From: a virus
IMG/VR virus record: IMGVR_UViG_640753020_000004
Reading direction: 5' to 3' (one strand)
DNA: 64,000 nt
Shown here: one piece after another, positions 18,479 to 28,654 of the stretch
Position numbering within the stretch: the stretch's first letter is position 1
Layout of the letters: each line of letters opens with the position of its first letter
Notes under the pieces: generated by a model
Database searches by the model: none
Told to the model about the DNA's origin: nothing
The model's input: only the letters and a program-made list of their open reading frames with translations
Position numbers and translations under genes: made by a program

Positions 18479-21400
18479 TCACCTCTTCAAATTTTGTAAC
18501 GTCTTTCTAAATTCTGTAGCAAATTTCTTTGTGGCTTGTATTACTATGGTATCAATATCTAGGTCACTACTAAAATTATTTTCTACATCAATATTTATAT
18601 CTCCATAGCTAGTTCCAGCCATAGCTACCTGTGGTTGGGAAGTATAATAACTTAAGTTTTCAGGAATATCTTTATTTTCAGTACCTGTTAAACTTAGTCC
18701 AGATACAGCATTTTTTATCCTGTTTATTGAATTTGCAGCCCTTTCCATTAGACCCACAGATTTATTATGAGTTAACACCTGTTCTCCTCCAGTGAAGTCC
18801 ACAAATTCCCAACCTCTTTCATTTATTCTGGCCAGACCTTTCTTTGCGTTGTCTGTACCGGTTGCATATCCGACATATGAACCACCCTTAAACAAAGGAG
18901 TGTTAAAAACACTTCCATATCTACTTTTTATATAATTTATGGCTGCTGCTGCATTGTGTACAGGATTCAATATATTATTAAGCCCCTTGACCATGAACTC
19001 TCTAAACGTAGAAGGCAATGTTTGAAGCAATCCTGTTGCATGTTCCCCTCCTACACTTATACTGTTATAGGCCAGTGGATTTCCTCCAGATTCAGCCTGA
19101 ACTAACCTTAATAATCCAGGAAGCCATGACATAGGTGTGCCTGTTACAGCTAGTGCAGATGCCAACCATCCAGATACATTCCCACTCATGCCACCGGCCA
19201 TGGATGAAATATCTCCAATCCAGCTTTTTATAAACGATTTAATATCTATAGATGTCATTCCTTTTATAACTCCTTGTGGGATAAATTTAGATAGTCTAGT
19301 CATAACCGCAGATGGGGAATGTATTTCAAAGCCTGTCTTGAATTCCTCAATTACTTTATCTGTGAGAATTTTTACTGCACTTGTTACATCTGACGTTGCA
19401 GCCCTTATACCCTGTGCAAAGTCGTTCATTATGGCACCGCCATACACATGCCCAGTTCTTGAGAATAAATTAAGTATCGAACCAGATTCATTTGTAACTC
19501 TATTCACTGAATTGGTTGATACTTTTTTATTATCTAAAATTCCACTACTTAAATTATCATTTATCTTGTTACCATACTTTTTAAATTGAGTTAGTGAATC
19601 ATCTCCAAGGGCAATGGAAGTGGATATATTAGCTGTAGCTTTTGCGACTTTACCTGTTCCAGTTGAGCCACCTCCTACAATACCACCGTTGGCAAACATT
19701 CTTACTCCTAACATTCTTCCTGCCTGCTGCCATAAGCTTAGTCCTCTATTTCTTCTAGAGCTTGATAAAGGAATAACTGCTTCCGTTCCTGCTTCACCGA
19801 TTAAAGTAACCTCTGGACCATTTACAATACCACCATTGGCTTTGGTGTGTAATCCGGTTACACTTTCTCCTTTTGTCATAACTTTTTCTAGGAGAGCATA
19901 TGCAGGACCACCTATATGTTCCTTAAACCAAGTAGAAAAATTAGACCAAGTTGTTTCTACTGTTTTTCTACCAGAACTAAGCTTACTTCCTATCCAATCT
20001 CCAACAGTAGTAGCCACACTTTTTGTTGGCTCTCCAATATTTTCACTCCACCATCCAGAGAAGCCGGTCCATGCAGTATGAGCTGTAGATTTAGCGTCAT
20101 TAAATCTTTCTCCTATCCATTGGCCAGCAGATGAAGCATATCCTTTTACTGGTTCAGACACATTAGTTCCCCACCAAGTTGAGAAGTCACTCCATTTATT
20201 TGAAGCCCACGCCTTACCTTCTCCTACTTTATCGCCAACCCATTTCCCTGATTCAGAAGCTTTATTTTTAATTGGAGTAAATACATTATTACTAAGCCAT
20301 TGACCATAAGGTGCCCAGGCTCTAGCAGCCGCATCTTTTCCCATGGCAAAAGCACCAACAGTAAAGTTTATAGTATTTATGGCACCATTTTTAAGAGGAG
20401 TACCTACTTTATTACCAAACCAAGTCCCAAAATTATTCCATGATGTTTGAACGGACTTTTTAGCATTTCCAAAGCCTTTCTTTAAATAATTAACTGCTGG
20501 TCCTGTCTTATCATATATCCAATCAAGGGCTTTTTCTCCTCCTATTGAACCTGCTATACTTCCGGCTACTCCTCCTATAGTGCCCCCTATGGCACCTCCT
20601 GCGGCCATACCTGCTGCAGTTCCAGCACCGGGAATTATAGAACCTATAACTCCACCAATACCTCCACCAAGTGTGGCTCCTGCTTTTGCACCAGCTACCC
20701 CTCCAGCTATTCCTCCGGCAATATTGCCTGCTGCCCCAACAGTAGCTTTTTTCTTATCAGAAGCCGTTGCTATATCAATACCTGCACCCGCGAGTGTAAG
20801 CCCTGCACCAAGCAAAGGAACCTTTTTAGCAACCTTTCCTACTTTGCTTAAACCACTTCCCATCCTAGTTACTTCAGATACGTCTTTACCTACATTTTTA
20901 ACATCCTTTGACTTCTTTACAAAATCATTGTACTCCTTTATAGCTTTATTTAACTTGTCCTGATTTATCTTTCTTAATTTTTCTGCATTTGCGGATTCAT
21001 TTACTGCCTTTCTAAAATCCGATGCTGCTTTCTTTAAATCAGAAGTATTATCAGCATTCCTAGTAGATTTAAACGTATCTCTGGCTTTGTTATATGCATC
21101 TTTCTTTGTATTTGCATTTCTACCAGAAAATTTAGCTTCTTCTCTAGCTTTATCAACATTAGATTTTAATCTGTTTATTTCTTCTGAAAAAGGCTTAGAT
21201 GCTTTACTGGAAGTACTTGAAGCTTTTGAAGCACTTCCTGCTGTACCTGCCATTTCTTCGGCAGCATTTGAAGCAGTTTTGGCTCCCTTCTTACCAACAG
21301 CCCACTTACCTAGCTTAAATGCACCTTTGGCAGCTTTTGCACCGCCTTTTATTATAGCGCCACCACCTGCGGCATATAAGCCATAATCTAATATCATAGC

Positions 21401-23159
21401 TTTAGTAATACTTTCAGCATTTGGATTTTTTACAGCATTTAAATTAGCATCTTTAAAAGCAGTTAAAAGCTTCTTTATAATTTCATCAGTATTAAAAGCT
21501 TTGAGAAATGCATCTAAGAAGGATTTACCTGCTGTATTTCCAGTTTTATTTATATCATCTCCACCAGAGAAAGCATCTAATACAGCTATTATTCCCCCTC
21601 CAAGTACACTTCCTATACTAGAACCCATTTCACTGGCAACTTTATTTATTTTAGGTCTACCATCACCACTCCACCAACTTGAAAGAGGTTCAGCTATAAC
21701 CTTATCCCAAGCAAGCGTTATCTTTCCCCCAAAATCAGCATTTTTCCACTGGCTACTATCCATTAATTTACTTAACCTCTGCTGGCTTTTCTCAAGTCCA
21801 CCACCTATAAAAGTACTTACATTTTCTCCAGCTTTTCTGAATAGTTTTCCAAGTTCAGTAACCTTTTTGTCATTTTTATCAAGCCATGTTGTAACTTTAG
21901 TTAGCCCTGGTTTTATTCCAGTCCATAATCCATTACCCCATTGAGTTAAAAATTTATTATCCAGAGTATCTTTAAGGGTAGACATTAATCCAAGTGCAGT
22001 TTTGGCTTGATTCTGCATCATTCCACCAAATCTTTGATTCATTCCCGTAAGCAATGCTTTTATAGCTTTATCTGATTCAAGCCCTTGCTTACCTATTTCA
22101 CCTACTTGTTCAGCTGTCAACCCAAGCTGTTCCTGAAGTATTTTAGCAGCTGGAACTCCTGCCTCTGTTAATTGAAGAATCTCATCCCCTTGGACTCTCC
22201 CTTTTGCTTTCATTTGCAATTTTGTTATCTATGAGACTTTTTATCCTCATAATCTGGAGGTTTCCCTCATTGGTTATCGGTATGTCATTTCATACCCAGT
22301 TCGGCGTACATTTTCAACCAATAAAAAGGACAACCTTTAATATTAGTTGTCGGGTACTCTTGGAAGGATTATATTTATTCACCTTCTACGCTCTACACTA
22401 CTTATAGCCTTTCGTAATCTATAAGCTTAGCACGGTATTACCATAGGTTTTATTAAAACCTTTAGGATTCACCGTTTTTATCCGATTTATAACTCGGCCA
22501 AATAATATTATTAAACCGAGTGCCAAAGTTATTTGATTTATTCCTTCGGCTCCAAGCCCCAGTCCAGATGCAGCATCTCCTATTGTAGATAAATCAGGCA
22601 GAATACTTTTAACATCCCACCCAAAGGCAAGCATTTTCTTACTTGCATCAGCTAATTGTGGAAATTCGAAAGGTGTTGCATTCGCCATATTTTGAGCTTG
22701 AGTCAGGAATGAATTTGCCTGCTCTGCACTTTTAAGCATTGTAGTAAATGCTATCTGGGTTTGTTCAAAATCCCCAGATAGCTGCATGGGTTTTATTATT
22801 CCAGCCCATGTACCACCAACTCCTAAAAGTACACCTTGGAGTGATGTGGCTGCAGATATTACTTTATTTATTCCACTTCTCATTATACTCAATGAGCCAG
22901 ATACCTTATCTTTAATCATTACAGTAGGAGAAGCTACAAGCCTATTTAACTTGTTTAAAGTTGAATTGATTTTTTCAATCCTGCTGGTAGCTCTATCGTT
23001 TATCTTTGCAGAAGGTGACACTGACATTTTATTTAATATATTTGCTCTTTTTTGTGTCTGTTCAAAATATCTGTCAAGAGCACTTATCTTCTTTTTACTT
23101 GATTCATCCCCCTGTACACCGATCACAATGTCCAAGTGATATATTTCTCTTTCAGCCAA
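18479..23159 (-). CDS. Tail tape measure protein, split by an intron (exon 1 23159-22515, exon 2 22216-18479; ~1460 aa spliced), with a C-terminal lytic transglycosylase (SLT) domain
   Basis: Exon 1 ends INQITLALG and exon 2 starts QMKAKGRVQGDE, giving a contiguous tape-measure motif. SLT motif AESGGNP..GLLQ..STF..NAAAAINY..SRYG. Confidence 0.9.
22217..22514 (-). ncRNA. Group I self-splicing intron (298 nt, no homing endonuclease), probably subgroup IA
   Basis: 5' exon ends in U. P1 CUCGGU/GCCGAG with U.G wobble; P3 UCGGAUA/UACCCGA; P7 G-A-GCGUA/UACGC-C; P8 GACAAC/GUUGUC; P9 hairpins; terminal G at 22217; ligation is in frame. Confidence 0.9.
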
Positions 23160-23218
23160 ACTCTCGCCTCCTTCCTGAATGATTTATTTGATTATTTCAA
23201 AACACTATAATTTGGCAC

Positions 23219-23292
23219 TCACCTCCTTATCCCATTATCTTCTAAAGGTTTGGTATTTATTTGTAGAATTATCACTTTAAAAGGTAGGTGAT
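23219..23292. repeat. Divergent RBS-promoter-RBS element, copy 2
   Basis: TCACCTCCTTATCCCATTATCTTCTAAAGGTTTGGTATTTATTTGTAGAATTATCAC..AGGTAGGTGAT. Confidence 0.8.
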
Positions 23293-23524
23293 AATGGTGA
23301 TGAAAGTTAAACTTACTTGCCAATGTGGCGAAAGTTTTAATATTGATGCAAATAATTTTAAAGATAAAACTACAATAATCTGTCAAAATTGCGATTCCAA
23401 ATTTCCTGAAGATAAATTTCAAGATTTCAAAGACTCAATAATAAAACTTAATGATATACATGAATCTCTTAATGAAATTACAGACGGTTATCGTAAACCT
23501 CACTGGACTTTTGAATTTGAATGA
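23288..23524 (+). CDS. Small antisense zinc-ribbon protein
   Basis: CQCG..F....ICQNCD; convergent with 23525-23950. Confidence 0.7.
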   Translation: MIMVMKVKLTCQCGESFNIDANNFKDKTTIICQNCDSKFPEDKFQDFKDSIIKLNDIHESLNEITDGYRKPHWTFEFE

Positions 23525-23950
23525 TTATTTTTTATTCCAAGGATAAATATTTTCTAAAGCATCAACAGTTTCTGTCATAATTTCTTTGGCTTGTTTGATT
23601 GAAAGATTATTTTCACTAAAAACAGAAAAAATCTTACGTGTTATTTTGTATTTCTCATTTTGATTTAATTCTTCCCGTATAGGAGGTTGGTTCTCCTGTA
23701 TGGGTTTTTCTCTGATTTCTTGATTTTCCATCATTCTCACCCCTTCCACTAGCTTATGGGGAAATAATTCATCCATACTTATTATCATAGGTAATGCTTT
23801 ATTCACAAGGAAACTTGCTGTATTCAAGATAGAAAATAATTCAGATTTTATATCTTGACTTTCTAATGGCTGTGCTTGTCCTTCAAGTGCAGCCACTCTT
23901 TTTTCTAATTCCTCATACTTTTGTTCTAATGCTTTGTCCACTAGCCTCAC
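23525..23950 (-). CDS. Hypothetical phage protein
   Basis: AGGAGGTG RBS from repeat copy 3; LEKRVAALEG coiled coil. Confidence 0.65.
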   Translation of the reverse strand: MRLVDKALEQKYEELEKRVAALEGQAQPLESQDIKSELFSILNTASFLVNKALPMIISMDELFPHKLVEGVRMMENQEIREKPIQENQPPIREELNQNEKYKITRKIFSVFSENNLSIKQAKEIMTETVDALENIYPWNKK

Positions 23951-24020
23951 CTCCTTATCCCATTATTTGTTAAAGGTTATAATATTTATTTGTAGAATTA
24001 TCATCTTTGGGAAGGTGATA
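23947..24020. repeat. Divergent RBS-promoter-RBS element, copy 3
   Basis: TCACCTCCTTATCCCATTATTTGTTAAAGGTTATAATATTTATTTGTAGAATTATCA..GAAGGTGAT. Confidence 0.8.
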
Positions 24021-24024
24021 ATAT

Positions 24025-24225
24025 ATGGCAGAAAGCTTTGAAAAACAACTTATTTTTGATCTATCCAAGGAGTATGTTTTTAGAACCTTTGATTTCCAAA
24101 ACAGTACTCCTGAGGATTTAATTAAAAGCTATCAAGATACCTCAGCAAAAATTGAAAAAGTTCTTAAAGAACAGGATTCTAAGAATGATGAATATCGTGG
24201 ATTATTAAATAAAATCATTAAATAA
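24025..24225 (+). CDS. Small antisense hypothetical protein
   Basis: RBS from repeat copy 3; convergent with 24228-24407. Confidence 0.65.
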   Translation: MAESFEKQLIFDLSKEYVFRTFDFQNSTPEDLIKSYQDTSAKIEKVLKEQDSKNDEYRGLLNKIIK

Positions 24226-24227
24226 TA

Positions 24228-24407
24228 CTACACCACGCTATGCTGAATAGCTTTTAAGCAAAATTCTAAAATAGAAGTAGCTCTAATTACCACAGTTCCT
24301 TTTAAGTTATCTAATATTTTTAGAGCTACTTCCTTTTCCTGTTCATCAAGAAGCCCTGGTTTACCGAAATCATGTGTAAGTATTATTTGTAATTGTTCTT
24401 TAGTCAT
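24228..24407 (-). CDS. Small hypothetical protein (59 aa, MTKEQLQIILTHDFGKPG..; not in the ORF track)
   Basis: AGGAGG RBS, open frame. Confidence 0.6.
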   Translation of the reverse strand: MTKEQLQIILTHDFGKPGLLDEQEKEVALKILDNLKGTVVIRATSILEFCLKAIQHSVV

Positions 24408-24588
24408 TGAAATTCCTCCTTAATCAAGACATTATTAATAGCTCAATTTAAATTCTTTAATTTGAACCTGAATCAATTCAAGCTCTACCGAACTTAAATT
24501 TTGTAAATCTTTTTATTCATCATGCCACCTCCTTCCACCCCATAACAAAAGCACCTGCCATTACAGCAAGTGCTTATTTATGTTCTAT

Positions 24589-25017
24589 TTATTTAGTTGC
24601 CTTTAAATATTCAATTTCAATGCAGTTATTGCCAGTGGCAATCTTAACTTTTTTAATATCTTCCTTTATTTCATCCTGACCCTGTTTTAGTTCTTTAACG
24701 TCCTTCGAAATGTCTTTAACTGCTGATGAAATCAAGCTGTCCTTATCCTTTATAGAATTACTAATACCCTGAAATCCCCTTACATCTTGTTCCTTGTGTG
24801 CTGTCTGCACCTCTGCTATTATATCAATCTTCTTTTCAATACTTTCCAGTTTAATTGAGTTTTTTCTGACTTCGCCTTTAAGACTGCTAACTTCATTCGT
24901 AAGATTATTTTGACCCTCAGATAAATTATTTACTTTATCATTGACATCTTTAATATCCTTCTGCATTGACTTTAGTAATTCTAATATTTCCTTATCCAAC
25001 AAATTCACCCTTTCCAC
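24589..25017 (-). CDS. Coiled-coil hypothetical protein
   Basis: Heptad-rich; own -10 and a downstream terminator at 24546-24578. Confidence 0.6.
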   Translation of the reverse strand: MERVNLLDKEILELLKSMQKDIKDVNDKVNNLSEGQNNLTNEVSSLKGEVRKNSIKLESIEKKIDIIAEVQTAHKEQDVRGFQGISNSIKDKDSLISSAVKDISKDVKELKQGQDEIKEDIKKVKIATGNNCIEIEYLKATK

Positions 25018-25106
25018 AGCTCACATATTTATTTTATTATATCATATCTTATTGCCTAAATTATACAGCTGTTTTTGTATTTTGTCTTGACACTTCAATT
25101 ACAATA

Positions 25107-25301
25107 TTAAAAAAAGTGTAGCATAATTTCTTTAACTTGCCTTGTTAAAGATATAAATTCACTTTCAGAAATACGTTTTTCTTTTATAGCTATTATTTCA
25201 TCAGTCGTGAAGTTGTCCAAATAATTTTTAGAAAGTTCTTTGAGATTATATATAAGTTCTTGAGTGGTAGGTACTCTTCGTAAACTTTCCTCCATCATCA
25301 T
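25107..25301 (-). CDS. Small hypothetical protein
   Basis: Coupled to the BRO gene stop. Confidence 0.5.
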   Translation of the reverse strand: MMMEESLRRVPTTQELIYNLKELSKNYLDNFTTDEIIAIKEKRISESEFISLTRQVKEIMLHFF

Positions 25302-26146
25302 ATAGCCACCTCTCTAAGTGGTTTGTAAACCACATGAAAGGTTTTGTTCTTGCTTGGTATGTCCACAGGATATCCATTTTCTTTAAGCCACTTGTTGACT
25401 TTATCAGATACAGATTCAGTATATTTGATCACAGTACCCTGCCATGAACCACTACTTTCCCATACAACCTCTTTCTCATGTTCTTCAATATCCAGCTTTT
25501 TAATTATCTGTCCTACTGCTCCAAATGCAGGATTGCCTGTTTTAGAATACATTCCAACCATTTTGGCTATCTGTTTGGTATCATAGAACTTTTCCCTTGC
25601 TTCTATTTCTATGGGTATGTCCACTCCTGCTTTAGAGAATAATGTTTTAACTACCAGTAATTTAATAGTATTATCTACCCCGGCAACATCTAACAAAGGT
25701 GATACAAGCTCTACTGATTTATTTATGGTTTCTAGTTTTTCAGGTTGGTTGTTTTCTTTTAAGGCTTCTGTGTTAGCCTTCTCTGAAATGTAAGCTCCTG
25801 TTTGCCTTATAGAAGGAAGAACTTCATCAGTTACCCAATCTGTAAATTTTTCTGCTTCTGGTTTTTCGCTCTTAAATGCTATTTTATAAACTCCGCTTTC
25901 AGTAAGAAACTTCTCCCCTGCATTATTTAATTTTCGGATGTTTGCTAAACCAACATCCGAATTTGTAAATTTAACAGCTTGTTTATTATTCATTTTAGTT
26001 AGATGATATCTTACCGTTTCCTTCGCTATACCTAGACACTCTCCTACATGATAAGGGTTAAAATAAACCATCCCATTTATCTCAAACACTTCTACGTCAT
26101 GTCCTTCAAACAGCATTAAATTGTTGCTCATTATTATTACCTCCAA
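25298..26146 (-). CDS. BRO-N domain antirepressor-like protein (likely start 26131)
   Basis: FEGHDV..F..ING..YFNPYHVGECLG, FLTESGVYKIAFKSEKPEAEKFTDWVTDEVLPSIRQTG. Confidence 0.9.
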   Translation of the reverse strand: MEVIIMSNNLMLFEGHDVEVFEINGMVYFNPYHVGECLGIAKETVRYHLTKMNNKQAVKFTNSDVGLANIRKLNNAGEKFLTESGVYKIAFKSEKPEAEKFTDWVTDEVLPSIRQTGAYISEKANTEALKENNQPEKLETINKSVELVSPLLDVAGVDNTIKLLVVKTLFSKAGVDIPIEIEAREKFYDTKQIAKMVGMYSKTGNPAFGAVGQIIKKLDIEEHEKEVVWESSGSWQGTVIKYTESVSDKVNKWLKENGYPVDIPSKNKTFHVVYKPLREVAI

Positions 26147-26260
26147 TTTATTATTTTAAAAAATGTTTTAAAATAACTCAAAATAGTATATAATAATGAG
26201 TACAGAGTACTATTTTGAGTTAAACCCTTTGTTGAGTCGCCAAACTGGAACAAAGGGTTT

Positions 26261-26455
26261 TTAGTTTTCTTCATTGAAAAACAGATCCTTTACAGTTGAA
26301 TCAAGTGCTGTTGAAATTCTTTCCATCAATGACTTTGTCACATTTCCATAGTCTCCTCTTTCTATAGCAACTAACTTTTTAGGACTTGTTTTTACTATCT
26401 TACATAATTGAGCTTGTGTAAGTCCTTTTTTTATTCTTGCTTTCTTGACTTCCAT
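26261..26455 (-). CDS. Cro-like XRE HTH protein (second switch)
   Basis: VKKARIKKGLTQAQLCKIVKTS..LVAIERG; AGGAG RBS before ATG 26455. Confidence 0.85.
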   Translation of the reverse strand: MEVKKARIKKGLTQAQLCKIVKTSPKKLVAIERGDYGNVTKSLMERISTALDSTVKDLFFNEEN

Positions 26456-26479
26456 ATTACCACTCCTATTTTGTTTTAA

Positions 26480-26586
26480 TACCATATTGGTAATCTATAT
26501 TCATATATTATATCCATTTCGGTATGAAGTCAATACTAAATTGGTACTTTTTTAAAAATATTATATAAATATATTCCGTTTTGGAT
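26480..26586. promoter_or_regulatory. Four related 13-bp operators and divergent promoters of the second switch
   Basis: TACCA-tat-TGGTA (26480), ATCCA-ttt-CGGTA (26512), TACTA-aat-TGGTA (26534), TTCCG-ttt-TGGAT (26574); TTGACT -35 on the minus strand at 26533-26528. Confidence 0.65.
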
Positions 26587-26619
26587 ATAATACATATATA
26601 ATTACTATGAGGTGGTAAA

Positions 26620-27405
26620 ATGAATGTTGGTGCAAAGATCAAAGAAATAAGAGAATCTAAAAATTTAACACAAAAACAATTAGCCGAAAAAATTGGAGTT
26701 ACGCCAGTTACTATAACTAGGTATGAAAATAACAAGAGAGAACCTAGCATAGAAACTTTAAATAAAATAGCTAAAGCTCTTGATGTAACTATTAACGATT
26801 TAGCTGGTGAAAAAGATACCGTTACTAAAAAAGTTTTAAAACAACTCATATCTGGAGGTGTAAATTTAGAACAATTATCTACAGATACAAAAATTCATAT
26901 AGATAGATTAAATTCCCTACTTAAAAACGATGATGCAACTTGTGATGAAATTCAACAAATAGCTAAATATACTGATTGCACAGATGAAGAAATTGCACAG
27001 TGGATTCTATCAGATGCTGTTACAACAGCTGTATATAACAATAAAGACAAAAATAATCATCAAGCTGAATTATTAAAAAAAATTTTTTTAAATGGTAGAA
27101 TCTCAAAAGACGATTTATTATCAGAATTAACTAATGATGATAAAGATTTTATCAATCAATTCTATCCATATATAAATAATAAAAATAATGAAGATTACAT
27201 ACAAATACCAGGAGGTTTTTTTGCAAAATCTGAGATTTTACATCCTGGTGCATTTTATGAAGCTATCGCCACAATTTGCTATTACGTAGATAAGGACTTC
27301 ACGAAATTAAATTTATCAGATGATGAATATAAAAGTTTGGGCGAAAAATTAAAAAACCTAGTTGAATTTGAGTTATTTAAGATATCTAAAAGTAGAGACA
27401 AATAA
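26620..27405 (+). CDS. CI-like XRE repressor (second switch)
   Basis: VGAKIKEIRESKNLTQKQLAEKIGVTPVTITRYENNKREP; a second HTH-like segment; divergent from the cro-like gene. Confidence 0.88.
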   Translation: MNVGAKIKEIRESKNLTQKQLAEKIGVTPVTITRYENNKREPSIETLNKIAKALDVTINDLAGEKDTVTKKVLKQLISGGVNLEQLSTDTKIHIDRLNSLLKNDDATCDEIQQIAKYTDCTDEEIAQWILSDAVTTAVYNNKDKNNHQAELLKKIFLNGRISKDDLLSELTNDDKDFINQFYPYINNKNNEDYIQIPGGFFAKSEILHPGAFYEAIATICYYVDKDFTKLNLSDDEYKSLGEKLKNLVEFELFKISKSRDK

Positions 27406-27514
27406 ACACCCACACTCGCCTTTAAAACGGGTGTGTTTTTCTATGAAAAAGTTTAGTATAAAAATTAGAATTATGCTAATACTATAATTGATCTTAAGCA
27501 AAGGAGTAATTGAT

Positions 27515-27652
27515 ATGAATTCTATTATTCATAACTTAAAAACTATATTAGAAACATATAATTTACTAATTTCTGCATCAATATCAACAATTATTATTTA
27601 TAGAATAGTTAGGAGACAAATAAAAAAAAATCCTTTAGTATTTAACTGCTAG
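27515..27652 (+). CDS. Small hydrophobic/basic peptide (45 aa); candidate type I toxin; not in the ORF track
   Basis: AAGGAG RBS, TATAAT at 27483; LLISASISTIIIYRIVRRQIKK; hairpin overlapping the 3' end. Confidence 0.55.
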   Translation: MNSIIHNLKTILETYNLLISASISTIIIYRIVRRQIKKNPLVFNC

Positions 27653-27743
27653 AGGGTAGTTAATTAAAGATTAAATAAAAATAATTATTTCAATAAAATT
27701 TTTGCAATACGCTTCAAGCGTTGTGCAAAACCCTAGAACAAAA

Positions 27744-28457
27744 TTAAGCTATTAATCTTTGCATTGGTAAGTAAGCATATTTAACTATTTGCTCTGCTCT
27801 TTCTTTGCATATAGCATAAATATCATGGTATTCTGTACCATTTTCCATTTCTTCCCTTACTGTATTTAATATCATATCTTCTATAAATGCTATAGTGTCT
27901 AATACCTTTCTAGTTGCATATTCTCTTTGTCCTTTTTTAATACCTACTTGGGTGTTTACCAATCTTGAATAATTAGTAAATATTAAATCTGGATTCTTTT
28001 CATATGTTTTGCTACCTTGATTAATTGCATATTTTAGTAATTCATCTAGAGAATCCGTCTCACTTCTTCTTACAAGCTTTCCATTCTTTCTTGTTTGGAG
28101 CCATTCACTGGATTGCTTTTCTTTAATAAAGGCTTCCATTTTATTAAAAGCTTCAATATATTTTAATTTCCACTGCAAGGCTTTTTGTCCTGTAAATCCC
28201 ATAACAAGCAAGCTAAATCCATCACGTGTCATAATATATTCTGGGTATTTCTGATTATTTTGTTCATGCAAATAACTACTTTTTATAAAATAATTCCTTA
28301 TAGGGGTTTCCTCAATTTTGTGGAGACCCTTAATAATATTTTCAATATCTCTTAATACCTGATCGTGCCTTTTATCAAAATTTTTAGCAATAATCCTACT
28401 GCTTACTAATGCTCTTTCTCTCTTTGTAAATAACCCTAAATCTATTAATTCTTTCAT
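27744..28457 (-). CDS. Rha-family phage regulatory protein
   Basis: VSSRIIAKNFDKRHDQVLRDI, Y.MTRDGFSLLVMGFTGQKALQWKLKYIEAFNKME. Confidence 0.93.
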   Translation of the reverse strand: MKELIDLGLFTKRERALVSSRIIAKNFDKRHDQVLRDIENIIKGLHKIEETPIRNYFIKSSYLHEQNNQKYPEYIMTRDGFSLLVMGFTGQKALQWKLKYIEAFNKMEAFIKEKQSSEWLQTRKNGKLVRRSETDSLDELLKYAINQGSKTYEKNPDLIFTNYSRLVNTQVGIKKGQREYATRKVLDTIAFIEDMILNTVREEMENGTEYHDIYAICKERAEQIVKYAYLPMQRLIA

Positions 28458-28654
28458 TAAATTTTCCTCCTAAAATTTATTTATCTAGGAGCGACCGGAA
28501 CATACCCGGTCATTCCTCTCTCCTAGGAGGTTCAGCATGTCTCACGACGTTCTTTGCCCCAAAATAAAAAACACCCCAAAAGGTGTTTTTTATTATTTTT
28601 GAATATAAAAAAGAACCACATGAGTGATTCTTTTATTACTATTATTGTATGCTC

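Noticed and set aside
19137-22134. Plus-strand ORFs antisense to the TMP (and similar shadow ORFs over the sheath, portal, helicase, DUF2335 and NACHT)
   Set aside because: They are mirror frames of real genes with no RBS or domain content.
22204-22407. 67-aa ORF inside the intron as a homing endonuclease
   Set aside because: Too short, no LAGLIDADG/GIY-YIG/HNH motif, and it overlaps ribozyme core pairings.
24436-24523. Frameshifted small genes at ~24505 and ~62480 (each one base short in a homopolymer)
   Set aside because: The restored peptides are short (about 29 and 50 aa) and cannot be verified without homologues. They may be chance frames or sequencing errors.
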